The notes under the pieces were generated by a model. It did not search any database. It saw only the letters and a list, made by a program, of their open reading frames with translations, and was not told the origin of the DNA. A stretch of DNA of 64,000 nucleotides from Giardia intestinalis. Lineage: Eukaryota. The number at the start of each line of letters is the position of its first letter. Within the stretch, counting starts at the first letter, position 1. Positions 47,097-56,908 of the stretch are shown piece after piece. The DNA lies in the NCBI GenBank assembly GCA_000002435.2, contig CM018791.1. One strand, written 5' to 3'. The translations under genes were made by a program, and so were the position numbers.

Positions 47097-50036
47097 TTAC
47101 TTTGAGGAGTAGCGACCCTTCCGACATATTAGCGAAGGGTTAGCGAACCTAGAGGAGCCCACTGTTAGTACTGGCTTCATCTCACCTGGTAATAAAACAG
47201 ATAGGCCGTGTATTTCTGGTAAGGACAGCTCAGGTCCGTCATTGCTGTATGGCATTGTCTTAAAGTACTGAAAACCTTGTGCAATAGTGTACTGGCCGTT
47301 ACAGTCTATGAAGCCGAGGCCCGAGTCACACTCTTCGTGCTTTTGCTTAGTGAAGAGTTCTCCATTGGCTAAAATCGTTCCCTTTCTGGTGACAGAATAT
47401 AACGATACCCTATTCCCAGCAACAGACGGATTCTCACCCAGGCCATCCAATATGTTGTTTTGTGCCTCTATCTTTCCTCGGAGTATGTTAATCATGTCAT
47501 CCTTATACTTAATAATCCTATTAACGCTTGTACGGGTATTCGTCAACTGGTCCAGTAGATAAGTGTTGTTGGTCTTTAGTTCAGCTATCTCAGCGGATGC
47601 TAACTTGTTACTCAGTTCTAGTTCCGTGACCTTCTCGGCCATGTGCAAAAGGTCTGCTGCTTGTAGCTTGACAGTCTTGTCAAGATATTTGTACTGCTTC
47701 AGGATTTTTGCATTATTGCAAAGAGCAGAGATCCTCTCCTCCATGGTTGCTGCCTGGAGCTCTGCCTCTACTATGGTGAAGGCATTAGATGCCAGAGCCT
47801 TCACTAGCTTCTGCACCTGAGTCTGCTTGTTAATGAGCTCGTTTCTAAGAAGCTGATAGTAGCGAATTTTATCTTCATTGGAAACGTTATCTTTTGAAAG
47901 AATGTTTTTGAGGTTGTGCGAAGTGACTTGGACCGAGCCTGACTCCCCCAGACTGATGCTGTCCTCATCTTGAGAGAAGATTGTTTCGTCAAACATTACT
48001 GAGTTATGCTGCCCTAGCTTAGTTTTTGCCGACTTCATCGCTGATTTTATATTGCCAGAGTCCACCTCCACCCCACCTACATCTCCAACTTGATAGGGGA
48101 GAGACAAGCGAGGGCTAGAGACCACTATGGAAGGTGTAGGCTGGACCATGCTCAAGGCTGCCTCTGCGATGCTAGCATTTGCCGTCTCTACTGCCTCCCC
48201 CAGCGCCTTGCACTTCTCTTCCGAAACTTGGAGCTTGCGCAAGATGTCTGCCTTCTCTATATTTAGGCTCTCCAAAGAAATGGCGAGCGAATCATACTGT
48301 GCCCTGAGCTCGTTATACTTTTGCTCTCCAAAGTCTAGCTCTGCTTTTGTGTCGGAAATCACCCCCTTAAGGTGATCTATTTCCGCAGCTTGCTCTTTCA
48401 GCTCAGAGCGAAGGGAGTTTCTTTCCTCTCGCACAACATACATCTGATTGATGGCTTGAAGGCTTTCACCGAGGGTTTTGACATACTTTTGATTTGTTTC
48501 TATAACTATGTTACGTAACTCATCCAAGCTCGTCATAGTAAGTATTATTCTGTTGAGCTCATTAGCATGTGTAATCTCTACGGCTGCCTTAGCTTCATAA
48601 GATGAAAACCCTCCCCTATCTCCAGCACTATCCTCTTTTGCGGGTGTCTCATCATTTGTCAAGGGTAAGGTAGTCGTCCTAGACACGAGCATGCCTGCAA
48701 CAGATGGGGCTCCATCTCCAACTACACTCTTCTCTAATATGCTGCGCTCCATAATGCTTTCCGTGACCATATGGGAGGCCTCAACCATGTTGGCGATTAC
48801 ACTGTTGAGTCTTGCAATCTCTGCGTTGGCTTTTTCAAGCATGGCCTTGAGCTGCTTCAGTCCGAACTCCTGATTCATTGCTATTTTGTTCTTAACGTTC
48901 TTGGCCCGTTCTCCGAAGCGTAGAGTGGACAGAGTTTCTATTTCGTTGTACTTTGAGGGGCTGCAGCATATTATAAGCGATGTCGATGAGGTGCCGCCAA
49001 GAGAGTCCTGCAGTATCCTAGTTAGCTTAGAATCTCTATAAGGAACGTGTTTAGACCTACCCTCTGAAAGAGCACTGATCACATTCCCCAGAGTAGACAG
49101 ACTCAGATTAATTAGACGTGCCTCATCCAAGCGTATCCCTTCAGCACCAGTCTTCGACGCCTTTTCGCTTCCTGCAAGATCAATAAGATACAGCTGTGAC
49201 CTTCGCTTAGCCCCAGAGAGCCTGTCCTCGGTTTCCAAGAAAATATTTAGCACCGAGTGAGAGCGTGATGACGTGTCGTTCATGTTTGTTGCGGCTGTGA
49301 CGCGATTAGCATTGCCCTTCTTCAGATATTGCAACAACTCTGTCGCAGAATCGACCCGATACGCGGTGAGATTTTCCACATACACGCCTTTTTCCTTGCT
49401 TTCCCTAATTTGGAGATTGGATGGGCCTACTGGGAGATTCGCATTAACGTTTCCACCATAGCTTATGGAAGATGGAAGCACAAAGCTTGGCTGGGTAAAC
49501 GGTGTTGCCGGAGATTGCGGGCCTGGCTCCTCGGCGAGCAGATCGCGAATCCGTTCCATATATATCTCGAAAAAGCTACACTTGACAACGTGTGTGAAGA
49601 TCTCTTGCTGCGATTCAGCAGACAACTGGTCAAATAGGTAGTTGAAAACCCGAGGCATCAGCCCCTTATCAGTAAACGAATCTATACTTGGACCTGTCAT
49701 TGTGTAAGATTTACCTGCGCCTGTCTGACCATAGCAAAAAATAGTTCCATTACACCCGGCAAGAAATTGAGTCAACACGTGACGGGCAGAGACGTCGAAG
49801 ACCGTCTCTTGTGTTGTGTCGCACTGGAAAACCCTATTGAACATAAAGGTCTTGGTGGAGTCCAGTCCCGTGAAGTTCACTTGCTGGTCTCCTTGGAATT
49901 CTACACAGGGGTTTGAAATAGGCTCGAATTTCTCATTGAAGGGACGGAATCTGCAAAAAACCTTGACACTTTCTATGTTACCGGGTTTGTTCGGGGTCTT
50001 GGTGTCTTTGGTCAAGTGACCAGGGGTCGCAGCCAT
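47097..50036 (-). CDS. Kinesin-like protein with an N-terminal motor domain and a coiled-coil stalk.
   Basis: The ORF-track start at 50066 is a TTG. The first ATG is at 50036 ('MAATPGHL...'), preceded by the AT-rich 'ttaattggatttcaaaattaaaactcaaaattct'. Motor motifs: P-loop 'GQTGAGKSYTM', switch I 'NDTSSRSHSV', switch II 'LIDLAGSEK', plus 'HVPYRDSKLTRILQDSLGG'. The stop TAA is at 47097-47099. Confidence 0.92.
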   Translation of the reverse strand: MAATPGHLTKDTKTPNKPGNIESVKVFCRFRPFNEKFEPISNPCVEFQGDQQVNFTGLDSTKTFMFNRVFQCDTTQETVFDVSARHVLTQFLAGCNGTIFCYGQTGAGKSYTMTGPSIDSFTDKGLMPRVFNYLFDQLSAESQQEIFTHVVKCSFFEIYMERIRDLLAEEPGPQSPATPFTQPSFVLPSSISYGGNVNANLPVGPSNLQIRESKEKGVYVENLTAYRVDSATELLQYLKKGNANRVTAATNMNDTSSRSHSVLNIFLETEDRLSGAKRRSQLYLIDLAGSEKASKTGAEGIRLDEARLINLSLSTLGNVISALSEGRSKHVPYRDSKLTRILQDSLGGTSSTSLIICCSPSKYNEIETLSTLRFGERAKNVKNKIAMNQEFGLKQLKAMLEKANAEIARLNSVIANMVEASHMVTESIMERSILEKSVVGDGAPSVAGMLVSRTTTLPLTNDETPAKEDSAGDRGGFSSYEAKAAVEITHANELNRIILTMTSLDELRNIVIETNQKYVKTLGESLQAINQMYVVREERNSLRSELKEQAAEIDHLKGVISDTKAELDFGEQKYNELRAQYDSLAISLESLNIEKADILRKLQVSEEKCKALGEAVETANASIAEAALSMVQPTPSIVVSSPRLSLPYQVGDVGGVEVDSGNIKSAMKSAKTKLGQHNSVMFDETIFSQDEDSISLGESGSVQVTSHNLKNILSKDNVSNEDKIRYYQLLRNELINKQTQVQKLVKALASNAFTIVEAELQAATMEERISALCNNAKILKQYKYLDKTVKLQAADLLHMAEKVTELELSNKLASAEIAELKTNNTYLLDQLTNTRTSVNRIIKYKDDMINILRGKIEAQNNILDGLGENPSVAGNRVSLYSVTRKGTILANGELFTKQKHEECDSGLGFIDCNGQYTIAQGFQYFKTMPYSNDGPELSLPEIHGLSVLLPGEMKPVLTVGSSRFANPSLICRKGRYSSK

Positions 50037-50174
50037 AGAATTTTGAGTTTTAATTTTGAAATCCAATTAAGATTGCTGTTCAACGGTTAGAAAGAAGGCT
50101 CAAAAGCGCCGTAGACCGCCCGGAGAAAACTGTAGGAAAAATTGTAGGACACTCACAGCTATGCTACGACACAA

Positions 50175-53100
50175 CTATGACATAGAATCCCTTATCTCTA
50201 TCAACGCTTTGAGGCTCCCACTTGGCTCCACAAGACTCTGCGCGACTGCATGGGCAATGTCGTCCACAATGGCTGGGCTTCCACGGGGCTCTTTCCCAAT
50301 CTCCTCTTTCTCTCCTTTCACTGTATAATTAAAATAGTACGTAAATAATTTAACAATGCAATCTGCCAGGCATGCGAACAAATCATAAACAAATGTATGA
50401 AGAAGAGTCTCCCCGCCAGTGCTGTCAAGAAGTAAGATCCTTTGATACTGATGGACAGTATAGTTGGAGAAGTGTCGGATAACTGTGCCTACAGCCGAAG
50501 AGCTTTTGTGCTTGCAAAGAGGGAGCTTGATGAGTATGTAGACCAGAAAGAAAAGCCTTAATAGAGTGTCGTGCCAATCACCCTCATCGTGCTCAATAGG
50601 CAACTCCAGGCAACTGAGGGCGGTGGAGATAAATAGAGCATCAGCATCTCTCTGCTTAGGCACCCCGATTGCATCAATTTCAAGAAACAGAAGATTATAT
50701 AAATCTGTAACTACTGCCATGGGAACCTGGATGGATTGAAGAATGGCTTCCACCTGATCCTTGCCTGCAATACTTTGCACAAGGGCCTTCCACTCGTCAG
50801 TTGTAAAGAGTAGTTGCAACGCCTTCTCAACAGCAACAACACACATGACCTGCTTAAAAACCGTTAGAGATAGAGTAAGAGTATCTAAGACATCTTCGTA
50901 GACGATGATCATCGCTGAGGGCTTATTGTGTGCATAGCATGCTGTGAGCTGAAATGCCAAAAGGTTTGGTACTATGCCTTCAGGAAGCATGAGCTTGCTC
51001 GCAATAATCTGACGCACACAGTAAAGGACGTGCACGATGGTCTTTGTAGTTATACTGCTGTCGTCTGATGAGGAGGGGAAGAGGCCTCTAAAGTAATACC
51101 TACCGAGGATTATGTGGCAGTATGGTAGTATTGTATGCACAAAGCGTTTATGGATGTGCAGACGTCTCTCCTCCACCTTGGCAGAAATGTACACACCCAC
51201 TAGCGGTCGTTCATGGTCTGTCGTGGAAGACGGTGACTTCAATGTAGAGACTGACAATGATGCCAGAGAGATTTTGGAGTCTGAATCTGTATCCTCTGAT
51301 ACAATGGAGGAGCAAACGCTAGAAGCAATATCGTCTGTGCTGAAGGTACCAAAGAACTTCCCTGTGGCATAGAAAAGTGCATCTGCGATCAATGGATGCA
51401 GTGAGGGCTGAGAGCAATCTGCTTTTAGGGTAGCGAGCATTGCAGTAGCGTCGTCAGTAGATTGGATGACCATAAGGGGAAGCGCACCCAAAAGGGTATA
51501 TTGACACACAGCTAGGAAGTGAGTCAGGTCTGGTGCCGCCATTCTAACTGTTACTAAAAGGCGAAGAACATAGGATGTTGGGGTGGAGTAAGCGATAGGC
51601 ACCCCGTCTTCTGTCGCCTTGTTGTGAAGGTGAGGAAGCAAGATCCTTATAAGTACAGCTCGAATATTCTCTTTACCTTTTTCACTGAACTGGGTGAAGC
51701 CCCGCGCCACAAGTGCCAAGAGGTATAAGTGCTTGGCAATAGACCGGGTAGTTGTGGAGGCCATGCTCATGTCATCATTCAGGTGGGCACAAATATAGGC
51801 TAACTCACTCGTCTCTTTTAAATATCCCGCTTGCACCAGCAACCTACTTGAGCTAACACAGGTTCTAGCGTATGCTTTACATAGTATGTGAAGGCTCTGT
51901 GCACCACTATGCGCAGACCCCCTATAGAATAGATCCCATCTAGCATACTGCGTAAGACACGAAACCACATGCTCAATAACGTGTACATCTGCTGCGTCGA
52001 TCATAAAGCAGAGTAGTGACATGATGCTGCTGTACTGATCAAGCAGATTTCCCGCTGTCATATGTACACCGGAACCACTCAGCTCTTTACCCTTCTCTGC
52101 ACCAAAGAGACAATGGATATGTATCCTTGCTCCCAGAGCGATGACACGGAAAGCGTATGTTTGGAAAAGTTTTCTATGCTCATCGCTTGCAATGTATGCT
52201 TCAATCCATGCTGCAGCAGACTCTGTCAGTACTGTACACTGGAGAATGTTTGGAAGAATGTCTGTAAGCATGCGTGTAATAGATAGGAGCATATTTGCAG
52301 CAGAATCTGCAGAGCAAGTAGTGGTATCAAGGCCGCGTCTAGTTTGCCGCACAAACCTTGCCTTGGGTCGCAAAACCTCAGAGCGGTTAGGCTTGCCATA
52401 AAGCGGTACGGCTTTGCATTTGACCTTCGGCTCTAGCTCAATAGGAACGTCTGTGTTGTTCCTGTTTATTAAATTGCAGGGGCACTGATCTTTCTGAGAA
52501 ACACAGAGAGGCACTACATCATCTCGGTTATCACCTAGCTCATCTGCCAGGATGATAGACAATCCGCAGAAATTAAAAAAGATAAGTGCCAGTGTAGTAT
52601 CTGAAAAGTGAGAAAATAGAATAGCATCGGCTGAAGCGCTTGCTTGATCGTGACAATTGGCAGTGCACTTGGGAAAGTTGAAGAGAAACCCGTGCAGGCG
52701 TCTCAGCACTTCTCGTTGGAGGTCTCGTAAAATTACTCTGTGCTGATCTCCTAGACTGAGCACAGCGCGGAAGAAGGAACTAAGTCTATTCTCATTTTGA
52801 CTTGTAATGCAAATCAGAAGGCCTGCAGACCTGTTAATACTATTATTACCGTGTTTCCACACTGTCCCGATGGGTGGGAGGGTCGCGCGCATGGCTGGCA
52901 GAAGTATGGAGGTTATCCCCACGGCCACTGTGCTATCTCTAGTGAAGATCACTATGCTCATTATCACGGTCATGATGGTGTTAAGCTGCACGGCCAGAGA
53001 TGCTACGGATACTTGTGACTCTACGTAGTAGCGGTCAACCAAGAGCACAAACAATTGAACGACAGACTTTATCAAGGCAAGCGATCCTGTTGTTCTGAGC

Positions 53101-55205
53101 AGATCCTTCAGCTTTGGCAGGAGGCCTAGCTTAACGATATAGTCCGGAAGAAACCGGCCGTTCTGAATGGGTTCTGCAAGAGATGTTAAGGATGCATCGA
53201 GAAGAGAAACAGACGGGCTTACGCTGCTAATCGTCCCGATGTAGATGTCCAGCAAGCAAGAGTCAATGTCCTGTAAGAGGCCTGTTGAAGTATCTAATGA
53301 TACGGAAGCGTCCGCGTGATTATTCTTAGCCAATTGTAATGCACCGGAGAGACGACTAAGCAAAGATATAATGTGAATTTGCAACTGAACATTCTTGGAG
53401 ATAATGGAGAAGAAAGACAAGAAGAAACTAAGCAGCTGGGAGCTGCACTGTTTGGCCTGCGTAGAAGAGTCATCACGCAAGGCAAGAAGAAATATAAATC
53501 CTAGCATGTCGAGCATCAGACGAATAAACGTTGTAATTGCTTGATTAGATAATTGAGCGCTACATTGTCTGTCACAGAAAGAAACAATTATTGGAGGCAG
53601 GTCTCTCCATAACACAGAGGCACCACTAGATAACAGTGCCAATTCGAACATATACTGATATGAAAGAGCGGTAAGGCCAGCCAGAGAATCCTTCATGGAA
53701 GTCTTCTGATTGGTAATGATTGCCAGCTGTTGCAGGAGTGTCTGGAGGACCACTTTTGGATGGACCGTGTGAGAGTTTTGAAAACTATTAGATGATATTA
53801 GTGTGAGAAGCTTTGTTAGCACAAGTAAAACAGGTGGGGGTTTGAAAGTAGCTTTTGGCAAAACGACAGTTCGATAAAGGAGTAGGGGCTTATATAACTC
53901 ATCTTTAACACTCACTGTTACGTCCACTGCGTGCTCTAAGATGCTCTGGATCAGCTGCTCTGCGGAAGACCTGCTTATGGTGGAATTCTTGGTACCAGCG
54001 GTGAATGGATTGAAAAGAACCTCCAGCAGAAGCATAGCCGCCTGATCATCTTCCAAGAGTAAGGAGAATATTGACGTGGCATCCGTGCACACAATTGAAG
54101 GAGTGTTTTTGTTGCCAAGAATATCTAGCAAAAGGTGAAGCTGACGATTCAGTAAGTCACAGCTGATATCTGCGATGAAGTAACGCTCATATAAAACGTC
54201 CAAAGAACGGGTTCCCAGGATTACCTGACAGGCACTGGAATAAAACATTTGAAGAGACTTAACGGCAATCTCCAATAGGGCTGACTGTTCGTCAGGGGGG
54301 CAGACAGCATTCTCAGTGTCACCAAAGATGAGCACAAGGGAATCGGTGTACTGAAGTAGCAGAGACTCGGCCTCCCTTGTCGTAAAGGTTGGTAAGAGTG
54401 GCTGATTCGCCGCAGCCTCCTGTTGCCTGAGCTGTACGTATAGCTCCATAGAAACAGAAAGATGTAAAAGATCTATAGATACAATTTTGGCTTGCAACGA
54501 TATGTTAAGTCCATCAAACACATCCTTTTCGTCCTGCTGGTGAGGATCAAGAAGGGGTTTCCACTGTGTTTGTGATAATGTTGAAGGACGATGCTGGACT
54601 ATCTCTTTCCGCAAAGATATAAGGTCTTGGAAAATCACCGTGAGTTGACTAGCAATCAAGGTCTGACTCCATTGTGAAGACACGAGCATGTCACGTACAG
54701 AGTCGATAGCATCTTCTAAGCGTTGAGCGAGAGCCTTTGGACCGCAGACCTTATTCTCTTCGGAAGTGAACCTGAAGGTAGGGGTGTCGTATTCTGTCTC
54801 GCTAAGGACAGCAATTGATACGTCGGAAGTCTGAAACCAGGCTGGTCGATAGCTTATATGTAAAGACGAGTCTTGAAGGGATACCTCAACGCGAGGTGGA
54901 GGTTGCTGTAACGCTTGAGTGCACGGTTGAAGAATTTGTGCATTCAATAGAAGGGTGCTGATGGGATCATTATCTACGTTAGCAGGTGCATGAAGTATAT
55001 ATGGCAGTGTCTGTGCAAATCTTTTCAAGCTTCCAAGGGACTGTGCAACTTGCTTGCAGCCAGCCGATACGGCTCCAGTTGGAGAGCGAGCAACGCACTC
55101 TGGAATAGGCACACTGCAGAGGGCGGGCAGGCGCAACATAGAGATTCGAGCAGGAGCCCGCAGAATAGTATCCCTACCATACACTACATTTTTAAGTATT
55201 AGCAT
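50175..55205 (-). CDS. Large hypothetical protein (about 1676 aa). The start is uncertain.
   Basis: The ORF-track start at 55211 is a GTG. In-frame ATGs are at 55205 (M3) and 55139 (M25). No family recognised. Helical, Leu-rich. Confidence 0.7.
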   Translation of the reverse strand: MLILKNVVYGRDTILRAPARISMLRLPALCSVPIPECVARSPTGAVSAGCKQVAQSLGSLKRFAQTLPYILHAPANVDNDPISTLLLNAQILQPCTQALQQPPPRVEVSLQDSSLHISYRPAWFQTSDVSIAVLSETEYDTPTFRFTSEENKVCGPKALAQRLEDAIDSVRDMLVSSQWSQTLIASQLTVIFQDLISLRKEIVQHRPSTLSQTQWKPLLDPHQQDEKDVFDGLNISLQAKIVSIDLLHLSVSMELYVQLRQQEAAANQPLLPTFTTREAESLLLQYTDSLVLIFGDTENAVCPPDEQSALLEIAVKSLQMFYSSACQVILGTRSLDVLYERYFIADISCDLLNRQLHLLLDILGNKNTPSIVCTDATSIFSLLLEDDQAAMLLLEVLFNPFTAGTKNSTISRSSAEQLIQSILEHAVDVTVSVKDELYKPLLLYRTVVLPKATFKPPPVLLVLTKLLTLISSNSFQNSHTVHPKVVLQTLLQQLAIITNQKTSMKDSLAGLTALSYQYMFELALLSSGASVLWRDLPPIIVSFCDRQCSAQLSNQAITTFIRLMLDMLGFIFLLALRDDSSTQAKQCSSQLLSFFLSFFSIISKNVQLQIHIISLLSRLSGALQLAKNNHADASVSLDTSTGLLQDIDSCLLDIYIGTISSVSPSVSLLDASLTSLAEPIQNGRFLPDYIVKLGLLPKLKDLLRTTGSLALIKSVVQLFVLLVDRYYVESQVSVASLAVQLNTIMTVIMSIVIFTRDSTVAVGITSILLPAMRATLPPIGTVWKHGNNSINRSAGLLICITSQNENRLSSFFRAVLSLGDQHRVILRDLQREVLRRLHGFLFNFPKCTANCHDQASASADAILFSHFSDTTLALIFFNFCGLSIILADELGDNRDDVVPLCVSQKDQCPCNLINRNNTDVPIELEPKVKCKAVPLYGKPNRSEVLRPKARFVRQTRRGLDTTTCSADSAANMLLSITRMLTDILPNILQCTVLTESAAAWIEAYIASDEHRKLFQTYAFRVIALGARIHIHCLFGAEKGKELSGSGVHMTAGNLLDQYSSIMSLLCFMIDAADVHVIEHVVSCLTQYARWDLFYRGSAHSGAQSLHILCKAYARTCVSSSRLLVQAGYLKETSELAYICAHLNDDMSMASTTTRSIAKHLYLLALVARGFTQFSEKGKENIRAVLIRILLPHLHNKATEDGVPIAYSTPTSYVLRLLVTVRMAAPDLTHFLAVCQYTLLGALPLMVIQSTDDATAMLATLKADCSQPSLHPLIADALFYATGKFFGTFSTDDIASSVCSSIVSEDTDSDSKISLASLSVSTLKSPSSTTDHERPLVGVYISAKVEERRLHIHKRFVHTILPYCHIILGRYYFRGLFPSSSDDSSITTKTIVHVLYCVRQIIASKLMLPEGIVPNLLAFQLTACYAHNKPSAMIIVYEDVLDTLTLSLTVFKQVMCVVAVEKALQLLFTTDEWKALVQSIAGKDQVEAILQSIQVPMAVVTDLYNLLFLEIDAIGVPKQRDADALFISTALSCLELPIEHDEGDWHDTLLRLFFLVYILIKLPLCKHKSSSAVGTVIRHFSNYTVHQYQRILLLDSTGGETLLHTFVYDLFACLADCIVKLFTYYFNYTVKGEKEEIGKEPRGSPAIVDDIAHAVAQSLVEPSGSLKALIEIRDSMS

Positions 55206-55216
55206 TTTCACATTGG

Positions 55217-56905
55217 ATGGTCCTCTGGCTACTCCTCCTCGCGCTTACTACATCTGCATACCTCCCCAGCAGGATGCTCGTCCTGTACGACGGCCCGGAG
55301 ATCGCGTCTAAAGACCTCCAGCTCATCCTGACGGGTGCTCGGATTGCTTCTCGTTCGATGCGAATGGATGACCCTAAATTTAAACTTCCGAAGCTTGTAC
55401 TTGATGGAGTCCCCCAGTACTCTCATATAGCCATCATTGGTCGGGGGAACCATCTGACTGCAGAAAATTATAATGAGCTGCTTAAATATGTGGAGGGAAC
55501 ACTCGATCCATACAGCTCCAAGTTGACGGAGGACGAGAGAATGATTCTTCCGACGTCTAGCAGCGATAGATGGACCACAGCGATGAAGTATCCTACAGAG
55601 TATGTCTATAAAGGCATCTTTGAGCCGCTGCCAGGAGCATCTATTGCAATATTCACCGACGCACATGCTTGCCAGAGGCTTCTCAACCTACTTAAAAACC
55701 TGGGTATGAAGGCCATTAGGAGCACCTCTTCTGAAATGGGGGCCCTCAAGCTCAGCACGGCTTTGAAGGAGAAGCTGTCTCGTGGGGAACAATCTGGGTG
55801 TGACATTATAGGTGACGTCAGCTATAAGCCTCTAAAACAGCCTTTGTCAGATATACTCTCATTTACCCCCAACTTCCTTTCAGATGTACAGAAGGCACAT
55901 GAAATATTCACATTTGAGAGCTCCTCCCGTGAGCTGACCGCAGGACTGGTCTGGCAAGGCCTTGAGAACAATGCCCGGGTGATTGCGATAGGCTTTCTCG
56001 GTGCCTTGGCTGACACGACCATGATGATGAGCAATGCTTCTTCAGAGCAATACTTTAAGGAGTGGAATGCTAAAGAGGGAACAAACCGCAGCATATATGA
56101 ATACAGCACCCTTCCCGAAGGCTCTATCCAGGCATTCTATCAGCTAAGTCGCTGGTTTGGGTTTGCAAAGTGCATGTTACGCGTTTCTGTTCTAGATGCG
56201 CGGCCAGTTCAAGACCCATCAGGATGTGACAACACTGTTCCGGCTCAGCACGGGGAAGCTCATGGAAACACAGCTGTGGTTGAAGGAAACCTTGTCCACT
56301 ACATTGTCAAGATAGAGGAGCTAGTTAATAATACGCTTTGGAGACCTTATGTCCCCAAAAAGACTGCGGTACGTCTGGACGAACTAGTGACAAACAACGC
56401 CCGTCGCCATCCAGAAGACTATGGCCTGTTTCCGTCTGAAACACGGCAAATCAAAAAGCAAATATCAGCGCTGTCTAGCGGCCTGTATAGCAGGTGTCTT
56501 CAATCCGCCCGCAAGGACTTGATCAATCAGACACAGGACATTACCGTGACGGACGCTCTTTCCTCCATATACACAGACATACAACTGCATGAGTCCATCA
56601 TGGGTACTTTAATATCTATGAATTTAGCCCTGCTGGACGAGAAGAAAGGTCTCTTTGATTTGGTGATCGTTCCAGATCTGGTTAGGTCCTACCACATGAG
56701 ATTAGATTACAATGTTCCTGGATATAATAGAATCAAGCTCATCCACCACCTGCACGTGAACATGGACCGCACAGATGCTTTCTATAAACACTATGCCGAT
56801 TGGCCTCTGTTTGTGGGGCTGGGGTGTGTACTTCTATTGGCCGTGTACGCAGGAATACTGCTTCTCACACACAAGGAAACGCGTACGGAAGAAAAGGAAG
56901 AGTAA
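55217..56905 (+). CDS. Type I membrane protein with similarity to the oligosaccharyltransferase 48-kDa subunit (OST48/DDOST/Wbp1).
   Basis: ATG confirmed. Signal peptide 'MVLWLLLLALTTSAYLPS'. C-terminal TM helix 'WPLFVGLGCVLLLAVYAGILLL' plus a K/E tail. Motif-level matches to human DDOST: 'RMLVLYDG' versus 'RTLVLLDN'; 'NARVIAIGFLGALAD' versus 'NARVIFSGSLDFFSD'; 'YQLSRWFGFAKCMLRV' versus 'ALSRWVFKEEGVLRV'; 'MRLDYNVPGYNRI' versus 'FKVDYNRLGYTHL'. Confidence 0.5.
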   Translation: MVLWLLLLALTTSAYLPSRMLVLYDGPEIASKDLQLILTGARIASRSMRMDDPKFKLPKLVLDGVPQYSHIAIIGRGNHLTAENYNELLKYVEGTLDPYSSKLTEDERMILPTSSSDRWTTAMKYPTEYVYKGIFEPLPGASIAIFTDAHACQRLLNLLKNLGMKAIRSTSSEMGALKLSTALKEKLSRGEQSGCDIIGDVSYKPLKQPLSDILSFTPNFLSDVQKAHEIFTFESSSRELTAGLVWQGLENNARVIAIGFLGALADTTMMMSNASSEQYFKEWNAKEGTNRSIYEYSTLPEGSIQAFYQLSRWFGFAKCMLRVSVLDARPVQDPSGCDNTVPAQHGEAHGNTAVVEGNLVHYIVKIEELVNNTLWRPYVPKKTAVRLDELVTNNARRHPEDYGLFPSETRQIKKQISALSSGLYSRCLQSARKDLINQTQDITVTDALSSIYTDIQLHESIMGTLISMNLALLDEKKGLFDLVIVPDLVRSYHMRLDYNVPGYNRIKLIHHLHVNMDRTDAFYKHYADWPLFVGLGCVLLLAVYAGILLLTHKETRTEEKEE

Positions 56906-56908
56906 AAT

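Noticed and set aside
55229-55666. The - strand ORF 55229..55666 and other small ORFs antisense to or inside annotated genes (e.g. 19171..19458, 22490..22780, 42223..42417, 47287..47562).
   Set aside because: They are embedded within longer, motif-supported genes on the opposite strand, and none has an independent signal.
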